64,000 nt of DNA from an uncultured Candidatus Binatia bacterium (GCA_965218425.1 OZ244621.1:2272001-2336000), one strand, 5' to 3'. Shown: positions 10,203 to 19,260, numbered from the stretch's first letter. Translations and numbers: made by a program. The notes: generated from the sequence alone by a model not told the origin.

Positions 10203-11573
10203 ATGACCACGAAATACGATGCCATCGTTATCGGTACAGGCCAGTCGGGCCCTTCCCTGGCCGCGCGGATGGCGGGTGAAGGAATGAAAGTTGCCATCAT
10301 TGAACGCAAGTCGTTTGGTGGCACCTGCGTTAATACCGGTTGAATACCCACCAAGACCCTGGTGGCCAGTGCCCATGCCGCTCACATTGCAAGGCGTGGG
10401 GCTGAATACGGGGTGATGATCGGCGGGCCGGTCACCGTGGATATGAAAAAGGTCAAGGAGCGTAAGGACAAGGCGGTGCAGCGGTCCAATCAGGGAGTGG
10501 GCAATTGGGTCAAGAACCTGAAGAACGCTAAGGTTTACGAAGACCACGGGCGGTTCGAGGGACCCCACGCGGTGCGTGTGGGAGGGGAGCTCATAGAGGC
10601 GGATAAGATTTTCATCAATGTCGGCGCGCGCGCGTCGGTAATGGACCTCCCTGGGGTAAATTACTTCACCAATTCGAGCATCATGGAGGTGGATTTTCTC
10701 CCAAAGCACCTGATCGTGGTCGGCGGAAGCTACATCGGCCTGGAGTTTGGTCAGATGTACAGACGCTTCGGCAGCGAAGTGACCATCGTGGACCGTGGGC
10801 CTCGGTTGACCCAGCAGGATGATGAGGACACTTCCCTGGCGATCAAGGAGATTTTGGAAGCGGAGGGGGTGAACGTTCGGCTCGAAGCTGAATGTATTTC
10901 TGCTGCGCAAAAGGGCGATCAGATCACCGTCAATTTGGACTGCAAAACCGGAGGTAAGGAGGTAACGGGTACCCACCTGCTGCTCGCCATCGGACGGCGT
11001 CCCAACACGGACGACCTGGGCATAGATAAAGCAGGCCTCGAAGTGGATCGGCGGGGGTACATCAAGGTGGACGATCGGCTTCAGACCAACGTGCCTGGAG
11101 TTTGGGCCATTGGGGACTGCAATGGCAAGGGAGCCTTCACCCACACCTCGTATAACGACTATGAAATTGTTGCGGCCAATCTGTTCGACGACGACCCACG
11201 CCGGGTCAGCGACCGAATTTTAACCTATGGGATGTTTATCGATCCGCCCCTCGGACGCGCGGGAATGATCGAAGATGCAGTGAAAAAATCAGGCCGCAAA
11301 GCGTTGATAGCAAAGAGGCCCATGACTCGTGTGGCGCGCGCCGTGGAGAAAGGCGAGACACAGGGATTTATGAAGATCTTGGTGGATGCCGAAACCAAAG
11401 AGATCCTCGGGGCCGCCGTCCTTGGTGTTGGTGGCGATGAAATCATTCATTCCATCCTGGATGTGATGTACGCCAAGGCGCCCTGCACGGTTATTCAGCG
11501 GGCTGTCCACGCCCACCCAACGGTGTCGGAGCTGATACCCACCATGCTGGGGGACCTGAAGCCGCTGGAGTGA
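10203..11573 (+). CDS. Class I pyridine nucleotide-disulfide oxidoreductase selenoprotein (C42-VNTG-U47); MerA/RclA/Lpd-like
   Basis: ATG 10203 with GGAG RBS; IGTGQSG FAD motif; GGTCVNTG-TGA(10341-10343)-IPTKTL continues in frame into the 403-aa ORF; GGSYIGLE; HPTVSE dyad. No C-terminal CC pair and no NmerA domain. Confidence 0.85.
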
Positions 11574-11727
11574 TGTGTCCTTCGCTTGGGCAAATGAGCA
11601 TCAGGGCAAGCCCATCAATTATGAACGGCTAATCTGGACCCTTCCGCGGCTGGTACAGTGCTTGTACGTGTTTCGACCAGTTCGCAAGATGGATGATGCA
11701 TGCCCCGGGCTGAGACCCGGGAAGTCT

Positions 11728-12318
11728 TCATTCTCGCTTTTTCCCGCCTTGTTTAACCTCTTCCACCATGTAGCATCGTAGGTATTGGTGAAGGTATTTT
11801 CTACCCCGGGAAAGTCTGGAGCGAATGGTTCCCAAGGGGCATGAGAGCACCTCCGAGGCCTCTGCATATGAAAGCTCTCCCATGTCCACCAGTACAATGG
11901 GCGCTCTAAATTCTTCAGGGATTTTGGTCAGGGCCTCATTGACCTTGACGCTCAATTCTTTAGTGTAGACATTGTCTTCCGGCCCTGGCTCCGGTCCCGG
12001 AAGCGTCTCCCAATAATCTAAGCCCTCTTCGTCCCAGAGACCCCGTCCTTCCACGGCCGCCCATCTTCTCTTCCTGTGGTGGTGATCGAGAAAAAAGTTA
12101 TAGAGGATCCGACTCAGCCACGCCTTCAGGTTGGTTCCAGGGGTGAACTGTTCGAATGAATCAAGGGCACGTAGATAGGCTTCTTGGACAAGGTCTTGAG
12201 CTTCCTGAGGGTCCCTCGATAGGTGTAGGGCAACTCGATAAAGGTGATCGAGGTGTTGCAGCGCCTCTTGGGCGAAGCGCTCTCTCCCGGCTTTGGTGTT
12301 TTTGCCCCTCCGTATCAC
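11728..12318 (-). CDS. ECF sigma-70 factor (SigH/SigR-like)
   Basis: AQDLVQEAYLRA, FTPGTNLKAWLSRIL, LSYAEASEVLSCPLGTIRSRLSRGR. Confidence 0.92.
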   Translation of the reverse strand: MIRRGKNTKAGRERFAQEALQHLDHLYRVALHLSRDPQEAQDLVQEAYLRALDSFEQFTPGTNLKAWLSRILYNFFLDHHHRKRRWAAVEGRGLWDEEGLDYWETLPGPEPGPEDNVYTKELSVKVNEALTKIPEEFRAPIVLVDMGELSYAEASEVLSCPLGTIRSRLSRGRKYLHQYLRCYMVEEVKQGGKKRE

Positions 12319-12324
12319 GCGGCC

Positions 12325-12353
12325 ATTCTAGCTGAGGGGATGGCCCGTGTCTA
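12325..12353 (-). promoter_or_regulatory. Sigma70-like promoter giving a probable leaderless ECF sigma mRNA
   Basis: TAGACA-N17-TAGAAT ends 6 nt before the GTG at 12318; no RBS. Confidence 0.5.
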
Positions 12354-12577
12354 CTTACTTAAATAGTGGTTCAGGTTTCGAGTCCACCACACCCGTGGGC
12401 CGATTCCCTCTGGGGAAGAGTTCCCACGGGCTCTACGACGTGGTGGGAAACACCTTTAGAGTGGACCTCCACGCCCGGAGAATAGTTTTGAAGGGATGTT
12501 CCTGGGATGATTTACCCGGCGCCTGTGGGGCGGCGCAAAAAACCGGAGGCGGCGGGAAGTGGGTTTATCCGGGTTGA
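12347..12577 (+). pseudogene. SUMF1/FGE-sulfatase (EgtB/PvdO-like) domain remnant
   Basis: TTPVGRFPLGKSSHGLYDVVGN and VLKGCSWDD resemble FGE C-terminal motifs; only about 76 aa. Confidence 0.6.
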
Positions 12578-12678
12578 AGTGGGTTGATGCGGGCTGACGG
12601 AACGAAGATGTTGATTTTGACTTGCCGCGAGATTGCTGATATTACCGAAATCAATCTGGTCGTATCGAAGAGGCGTCT

Positions 12679-13641
12679 ATGCAGAGCTTCGCTGAGAAAA
12701 TAAGACAAAGCGGCGACAGCTTCCTCAAGCGCAAGGTGGAAACCCTGCAGGTTAACATGGGGAAGTACTGCAACCAGGCATGCCTGCACTGTCACGTGGA
12801 GGCGGGACCCACCCGGAAGGAAATCATGACTCTGGAAACGGTAGAGTCGGTGCTCCGTTTCCTCGAGAAGTCCGATGTGCCCACAGTGGACATCACGGGG
12901 GGCGCGCCGGAGCTCAACCCGCATTTCGACTACCTCGTGGAGCGCAGCGTCCAGCTTGGCCGCCACGTGATGGACCGATGCAATCTCACCGTCATCTTTG
13001 AACAGGGGAAGGAGTATCTCCCGGACTTCTTTCAAAAAAACCGGGTGGAGCTGATCTGCTCTCTTCCCTGCTACACAGAGGGGAACGTAGACCAACAGAG
13101 GGGCAAAGGGACCTTCAATCTGAGTATCCGGGCGCTGCGGCTTCTGAACGGCCTGGGATATGGAGTCGAAGGCACGGGTCTGGAGCTGCAATTGGTCTAT
13201 AACCCGGTGGGGGCTTACCTTCCGTCGCCCCAGGAACGATTGGAACAGGACTATAAGACTATCCTCAAGGAAGAATACGGCATCGTTTTTAACCATCTCT
13301 ACTGTCTTACCAATGTGCCCATCACTCGATTTGAGACCTTTCTGAAGGTGCGAAACGAGTATGACCGGTATATGGAGCTGATCCAGTCCGCGTTCAACCC
13401 GGATACCGTGGACAAGGTCATGTGCAGAAACATCTTGAGCGTAGGATGGGAGGGGTCCGTTTACGACTGTGACTTCAATCAGATGCTGGAGCTGCCGGTC
13501 TCGAACCGACAGGGTAAGCCGCTAAAGATCCAGGACCTCCATGCCGATGGCCTGGAAAATCAATCAATCGTGGTCGGAAATCACTGCTACGCCTGTACGG
13601 CGGGAGCCGGGAGTAGCTGCGGCGGTTCATTAATAGCGTAA
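12679..13641 (+). CDS. arsS: ArsS-type radical SAM / Cys-rich (DUF3641) protein
   Basis: LQVNMGKYCNQACLHCH, DITGGAPEL, SLPCY...NVDQQRG, YDCDFNQML, HCYACTAGAGSSCGG. Confidence 0.85.
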   Translation: MQSFAEKIRQSGDSFLKRKVETLQVNMGKYCNQACLHCHVEAGPTRKEIMTLETVESVLRFLEKSDVPTVDITGGAPELNPHFDYLVERSVQLGRHVMDRCNLTVIFEQGKEYLPDFFQKNRVELICSLPCYTEGNVDQQRGKGTFNLSIRALRLLNGLGYGVEGTGLELQLVYNPVGAYLPSPQERLEQDYKTILKEEYGIVFNHLYCLTNVPITRFETFLKVRNEYDRYMELIQSAFNPDTVDKVMCRNILSVGWEGSVYDCDFNQMLELPVSNRQGKPLKIQDLHADGLENQSIVVGNHCYACTAGAGSSCGGSLIA

Positions 13642-14035
13642 CCGCCGCTTTGCGCTGATGGTAAAACGCAAAGCGCATGGCGCTATACGCAAAGCGTCTT
13701 TTCAGTGACGGGTTACGAGTACCGAGTGGAAATTGAGGGTGGGTCAAGGGTGTAGTGAAGTCCGCACTGTCAACCCTCCACTCCCTAACCTGACCCTTAA
13801 ACACTTTCCACCGGCTACACCGTTTTCTGCTTACTGCGATCTTCATACGGTTTTCTTTGGCGTCTTGGCGCGAAAAACTCTTTTGAATTCGTTCTTTTAA
13901 AGAATTGATGGGTAGAATTCTAACGGCAAGGCGGGGCCGTGCAGGTCAGGCAGTGAGATTGAGGCGCCTAGACCCGGCCCCCCACAGGACCCGCAATTCG
14001 TTTGGGTTTTGCTCAGCTAGATGGTAAATTACCCC

Positions 14036-14215
14036 ATGGCTGATACATTCCTAAAGCGCAAGAAGGAGCAGGATCGGCAGAAAAAAAAGAGGGAAAAAGA
14101 GGCCATGCGACAGGACCGTAAAGCGGAAAAAGCGAATCGTAGGCCCCTGACTCCAGGCGAAGACCCTGACATCGCGGGGATCAAGCCCGGCCCTCAACCG
14201 CCGATCGACTGGTAA
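14036..14215 (+). CDS. Small basic hypothetical protein
   Basis: MADTFLKRKKEQDRQKKKREK...EDPDIAGIKPGPQP; coherent 59-aa ORF. Confidence 0.55.
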   Translation: MADTFLKRKKEQDRQKKKREKEAMRQDRKAEKANRRPLTPGEDPDIAGIKPGPQPPIDW

Positions 14216-14380
14216 TCCGCCCCTTCACGAGCAACCTGACGTCCTTCCGCATTCACCCCTTGGACCAGAGGCCAAGTGCCGTCCTCTTTCAGCCTTATGA
14301 AAGACTTTTGCATGTCTCCGAACCCGGCGTTCTTTACCGCTCTCTGCCGGCAATCGTTGATCCGAATCGCTAAACGCGAA

Positions 14381-15685
14381 TCAGGCGCTATCCTCTGCTT
14401 TACTCTGCTTCCGATCCGACTCCAGTGACGCCAGCGCCTCCTTTACCAGCTTGCGCCGTAATTCTTTCTCTTCCTCGCCCGTCAGGTTTGCCGCGCCGGT
14501 GACGTGGACTATGCCGTTGCCCAAAACGACGCGGTTGGAACCGACCATCTTTGCAATGGGCATGGCCGAGGTAATCTGGACCACCGGGATGCCCGCCTTT
14601 TCCAGCTCGGTTGATATCGCAGCTCCGCTGCGAGTGCTCGTTCCTCAGGTGGAGGTGAGGATGACGGCGTCGACCTCCTCCCGCTTCACTTTTTCGGCCA
14701 TCTCCCTGCCCAGGCGCCGCGTGTTCGAGAGCGGGTTCGATAGACCAGATGTGGAGATGAACTCGTGGTGGAGTTTTCCGATCCTGCCGCTTCTTTCCAT
14801 CTCGCGCATGGCGTCGAGGGGCACGAGACGGTCCGGATCCTGTTGAACGAATCTCGGATCATAGCCGCCGTGAGAGATCTCGTAGTCCTCCCCCCTGAGA
14901 TCATCCCGGCCGTCGATGCTATAGGAGCCCCACCGGGTGGCGGCTTGTCCTTCGATTTTGTCCGGGTTGCCCTTCGGAACGAGGCCGCCGTCGGTGATGA
15001 GCATGACCTTGGCCTTCGAAAGATCCCCCACGGCGGAGGGCATGGGAACCGGTTTAAAGGAAGTCGGCAACATCTCAGACTCGAAGGGCTCTCCTTTCAC
15101 TTTCGTCAGGAGCATATCAACGAGCCGGACGGCGGCCGTCCGATCCGCCAGTTGATCGCGCAGGATACCCCGGGAAAGGTAGCCTTCCTCTGCGGGCAGC
15201 CCGATGGACTTACCGTGGACGAGCTTTCCTCCCAGACGCGCCATTTTGGTTAGGACTTGCCGCATCTTGGCGGGGCTCGCACCCGAATTCACGATATAGA
15301 GCGCTTCCCGGTTGAGATCCGCCCCCGGGTTCTCGCTGCCCATCCCGGTAACGACGGGAATCCCCAGGTTGGACTGAACGGCGGCGCAGAGGGACCCCGC
15401 CGCCATCCCATATCGACCCGCTTCGAAGCAAGGACCGGCAACGAACAGCTCTGCACCCGCCTCCCGGACCTTTGCCAGCACCGCGGCCGTCAACTCCTCC
15501 TGGTGTTCCACGGCATGGTTGTCTCCGGAAATGAGGGTCATAACCACACGTGAGCCATCGCCCAGCAGTTGTTCCAACAGCCTCCCCGGTCCTACGGCCC
15601 CCTCACGCGCCTCAAGGGGCATGCCCGCCTGCTCCTCTCCCCCGACTCCGCCGAAAAACTGATTCAAATAGTGTACGATTCGCAT
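14381..15685 (-). CDS. grdB: Glycine/sarcosine/betaine reductase family selenoprotein B (Sec347)
   Basis: MRIVHYLNQFFGGVGGEE, AGPCFEAGRYG, DGGLVPKGNPDKIE, HGGYDP. VDAVILTST-TGA(14645-14647)-GTSTRSGAAISTELEKAGIPVVQIT continues in frame to stop 14381. Confidence 0.92.
14617..14633 (-). promoter_or_regulatory. SECIS hairpin (grdB)
   Basis: UCGCAGC-GGA-GCUGCGA: perfect 7-bp stem, 17 nt long, starting after an 11-nt spacer from the UGA. Confidence 0.8.
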
Positions 15686-15718
15686 TTTTTGACCCTCCTC
15701 ACCGGATTCGCGACTGGA

Positions 15719-16999
15719 TCAAGTGACCAAAGCCCGCATTCTCGAGGCTCCCTGTTGATTGGTGACGCCGGCAACGTTCGCAGCGGCGACCTTCGTCGGT
15801 CCGGCCAACACCCTCCTCAACTCCGGGGTCGCGGCGATGATCCGATCCACCGGTGCCAACGTGTAATTCGTTCCGTTTCCGCCGTTGTATACGATGGCAT
15901 TCACCTCCGGAAAGTTGAAGAGCAGAGCCGACTCGACCCGCCTGTCCCTTGCCATGTCCGAGACCATGACAGTGGTTTTTATGCCCATACCTTCCAGGAG
16001 CCGAGCGGTCTCCGCCAAGTCGGCATGGGGAACACCGCCGCCGTACTTGGTTAGAATGACGGCGTCCGCTTTCAACGCCCACCTGACCAGATTCGCAGCC
16101 GTCCGACAGTTTCGGTCGCGGTCGAAGTTGTCGGAACCGGCAACGGTCGCCACCGTGCCCACGAAGTTGAGATGCCGCGCATGGTGGCGACCGTAGAGCT
16201 CCAGGATCACGGGGTGATTTTGATAGAAGTAGGTTTCCGCGCCGCCGATGGAAGAATGGTACGATGGGACGACGGCGCCGTCCAGCCACTCGTCGGGATG
16301 AAGCGGGATGGGCAGCATCCCTTCCGTGTTGGCGCCATAGAGAATGGGCTCGTCCACGCCGGGCTTTCGCTGGCGCGAGAAGATCTGGCCTACATATGCG
16401 ACCCGGGGAAGCCCCTCGCGTCCCGCCTCCGCGGGACCCGCCGGGTCGAATTGACGGGTGGATGCCGCAGGCTGACTCGCCGCAATGCGGGCCATATGAA
16501 CCGAGAGCCTGAGACCGGCCCGACGATACGCTTTTCCGATGCTTTGAGCGGGCAACTCCGAACGCGTACGGGGAATCGCCACCAGGTGGTGCAACGAGGA
16601 GTAATTGCTGCCTTCAGCGGCTGCCCCGCTCATCTCCAATACCCGGCCCGTCACGCCCCTGGACTCTCCCGGAGACCTCTCCGCCAGAACGGTGACGACG
16701 GCTCCTTCGAGCACATGGGTCGTCCCCATGCCCGCCGTTTCCGGCGCACCCAGGATGCCCGGGAAATCAGGGCTTGAGCCCTCTCCTTTAGCTCTGGGCT
16801 CGATGATGTCGAAGACGGGCGCGGCCCGACAACTCTCGCCGGGGCGCACGATTTGGAAATCCACGCCGGTAAGGGCATCGTCTTCAAGAACCAACCGGCG
16901 CAGTTCCTCCGGATCGACGACGAGGACCGAGCCGTCGAGACGGGCCGGTGTTTCCAAGCGGATCTCCGTGATGGGGTGACATGCCAGGGTCAAACGCAT
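15719..16999 (-). CDS. grdE: Glycine/sarcosine/betaine reductase component B proprotein (GrdE/GrdG/GrdI family)
   Basis: IVRPGESCR...DIIEPRAK, FPG..G....AG.GTTHVL, LHPDEWLDGAVV, TYFYQNHPVILELY.RH...LNFVG, ADAVILTK.GGG.P..D. Confidence 0.85.
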   Translation of the reverse strand: MRLTLACHPITEIRLETPARLDGSVLVVDPEELRRLVLEDDALTGVDFQIVRPGESCRAAPVFDIIEPRAKGEGSSPDFPGILGAPETAGMGTTHVLEGAVVTVLAERSPGESRGVTGRVLEMSGAAAEGSNYSSLHHLVAIPRTRSELPAQSIGKAYRRAGLRLSVHMARIAASQPAASTRQFDPAGPAEAGREGLPRVAYVGQIFSRQRKPGVDEPILYGANTEGMLPIPLHPDEWLDGAVVPSYHSSIGGAETYFYQNHPVILELYGRHHARHLNFVGTVATVAGSDNFDRDRNCRTAANLVRWALKADAVILTKYGGGVPHADLAETARLLEGMGIKTTVMVSDMARDRRVESALLFNFPEVNAIVYNGGNGTNYTLAPVDRIIAATPELRRVLAGPTKVAAANVAGVTNQQGASRMRALVT

Positions 17000-17119
17000 T
17001 TTTCTTTCCTCTCGTGAAGACCCGGCAAGGGACCGGGAGTCCTCCAGGAGCGAGCGCAATCTCAGACCGGCTACTGCTCTGCTTATACCTCAAAGCAAGC
17101 TTGCCGCCAAGGGTTCAGC

Positions 17120-17587
17120 TTATCCGTCGGCGAGCCCGGAGCGAACCTCCCGCATCGCCGTGGCGATAGCCTCGGTTTCCACTGCCATCTCGATCAGGCC
17201 CACCTCGTCGGCGTAGGTCTCGGGGTCCACCTGCTCCTTGATCTCGGGCTCGGTGATGTGGAAGACGGGGAGTTTCAAGCCGACGCCGCCGAGCGCTCCC
17301 GCCCAGGTCGGATCCCCATCGGTCATGGTCAGGCCGAACAGTTTGCTGCTCTCTGCGGTGGGAGTTCCGAGAAGGACAACGACACCGGCAGTCCCCGTGG
17401 CGTCTACCTTCCGTTTGATTTCTTCTTGACCTTCCAGGTCAAGCGCGCCCGACGCCGTTCAGACGAAACAGTGGGTGAGTTCAAGGATGACTTCGGCGCC
17501 CGCGCTTTTCGCGCAAAGAGCGATGGAGTTGCCTTGAACGCCGTCTCTTTCTCCCAGAACAATGACTTTCTTCCCGTTCAGCTTCAT
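17120..17587 (-). CDS. grdA: Glycine/sarcosine/betaine reductase selenoprotein A (CxxU, Sec43)
   Basis: Only the 3' part is in the ORF track. MKLNGKKVIVLGERDGVQGNSIALC...THCFV-TGA(17459-17461)-TASGALDLEGQ...GDPTWAGALGGVGLKLPVFHITEPEIK. Confidence 0.93.
17425..17443 (-). promoter_or_regulatory. SECIS hairpin (grdA)
   Basis: CUUGACCU-GGA-AGGUCAAG: perfect 8-bp stem, 15 nt after the UGA, same GGA loop as grdB. Confidence 0.75.
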
Positions 17588-17770
17588 AACGCCCCCGTCA
17601 TTCATATCGAGCCGAGACTACGACCTCGCCAAGCCGGAACATCTAGCAGAGGACAGTAGGCGGCAAGAAATCAACCTCTTGACCTTACTTTTCTTAAATT
17701 TAGCTTTGACCGCCGCATACCGCTTACTGCGAACTGCTTACTGGTTTCGCTTTGCGCGAGTCATCCCCGG

Positions 17771-19222
17771 TTAGTTTTTCGGGTTACGCTCCAATACAAA
17801 GGATAATCCGTCCGCCATCTGAGTCATGCGGCCTAAAAACAGGCTCCCTTTGGCCAAGAACATGGCTCGATCCATAGCCCCCGACACGATACGGTCCACT
17901 GCGTGCCCCAGGAAAGGGATCGCCGAGGCGATATGGCCCTGAGTCGGGGCATAACCGGGCATTCCGTGTGTTTCCGCAAAACTTGAAATCTCGTTAGGGG
18001 CGATCTCTTTGTTCCGCGCCGCCAGGGCGGCGATAAGCCTGTAGTTCGTCAACGGAACGTTGCCGTTTCCGGACGGTTCCGTCACCTCCGGGTTGTGCAG
18101 CTCGGTGGCGTACTTGTCGATATCCCCGAAGCGCAATTTTAGTTTCTGCAGCGGCTCGGCCACCAGTGAGCCGAAGACGGCCTGCTGGCTCGAGCCGGCA
18201 CCCACCCGGTGCATACCGACGGAATCCAGCCTTAGCCAAGGATGTTTCCCGTCGTCCCCGGAGACGTGGATGGCAACTCCCGCCAAAACATCCTCCAAGA
18301 CCGGTTGTTCGTGTTTGAGATGGCCTTGAAACTTCATCCCGAGTTTCGCCAGAGAGCCGCCCCCGACGACCACCACATTGCGGAACACACCCGCGCTCAC
18401 GAGGCTGCCGGCCAGCAGCAAAGCATGGTTCGGACCCGAGCAAAAGCCTTTGACGTCGACCCCGCTCGCCATGGAGCACCCGCACATTTCCCCGATGGCC
18501 TTCGCCAGGTTTCCTCCGCCGCGCTGGTAACGGTCGCCCACCGCCTCCTCGCCGCTGTTTAGAACATAATCAATGGCAGCGGCCTGTGCGCCTTCACCCT
18601 TCAGGAGCGTCTTCAGGGCCACTACCGCCGTCGCCTTGCAGGCCAGGTTCTCGAGGAGAATGTCGGGCGCAAGGGAGCGGTCCTCCCGATCGCCCGGCAG
18701 GACGCAGCCCACCAATTGCCCGTCCCGCAGATTGAGGGGGAGCGCGGGCGACGGACCGTCGATCCGAGCCTCGATGGCGGAGAGCGGCTTGCCGTCGTTG
18801 AGGTTCGCGGCTTCCACCTTCCCGAAGAGCGGATGGAGTTCCAACGCCCGCCGCGCCGTCCCGAGAAAACCTTCCTCGAGCCAAAGCAGCCCGAAGAGAT
18901 CGCAGAGCTTCATGACGGCGTAAAACTCCTCTTCCGGCATGAATTCACCATGCCGTTGCCGCCGTTCCGTATCCTGTCTCACGGCAAACCAGGGCCGTTG
19001 GAGGGATTTCAGTTCATCGGGGTAGATGGATCCTAGAAATACCCGGTTCGGCGGATAGGACAAAGCGTCCTCGAAGGAACGGAGCCGCTCCCGAATTCGT
19101 TCGCTTACCGCCGCTTCCCGGACGATTTCACGCGCCGGTTTCGAGCCGTGGGTGACAAGTCCGGGCGTATGAGATAAAAAGTAGCGAACGGCCTTGATGA
19201 CTGGTTGATTTCCCGGGGGCAT
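17771..19222 (-). CDS. grdC: Glycine/sarcosine/betaine reductase component C beta subunit (FabH-like)
   Basis: LRSFEDALSYPPN, LENLACKAT, EEAVGDRYQRGGGNLAKAIGE, DVKGFCSGP, ELHNPEVT, PGYAPTQGHI, KGSLFLGRMT. Confidence 0.92.
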   Translation of the reverse strand: MPPGNQPVIKAVRYFLSHTPGLVTHGSKPAREIVREAAVSERIRERLRSFEDALSYPPNRVFLGSIYPDELKSLQRPWFAVRQDTERRQRHGEFMPEEEFYAVMKLCDLFGLLWLEEGFLGTARRALELHPLFGKVEAANLNDGKPLSAIEARIDGPSPALPLNLRDGQLVGCVLPGDREDRSLAPDILLENLACKATAVVALKTLLKGEGAQAAAIDYVLNSGEEAVGDRYQRGGGNLAKAIGEMCGCSMASGVDVKGFCSGPNHALLLAGSLVSAGVFRNVVVVGGGSLAKLGMKFQGHLKHEQPVLEDVLAGVAIHVSGDDGKHPWLRLDSVGMHRVGAGSSQQAVFGSLVAEPLQKLKLRFGDIDKYATELHNPEVTEPSGNGNVPLTNYRLIAALAARNKEIAPNEISSFAETHGMPGYAPTQGHIASAIPFLGHAVDRIVSGAMDRAMFLAKGSLFLGRMTQMADGLSFVLERNPKN

Positions 19223-19230
19223 GGTCCAGC

Positions 19231-19260
19231 ACTATATCCATTAGGGGCTTACCGGGTCAA
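19231..19260 (-). promoter_or_regulatory. Sigma70-like promoter of the grd operon
   Basis: TTGACC-N18-TATAGT, 8 nt before the grdC ATG (near-leaderless). Confidence 0.5.

Noticed and set aside
10203..11573. Calling the oxidoreductase merA
   Set aside because: No C-terminal Cys-Cys, no NmerA domain and no mer operon genes.
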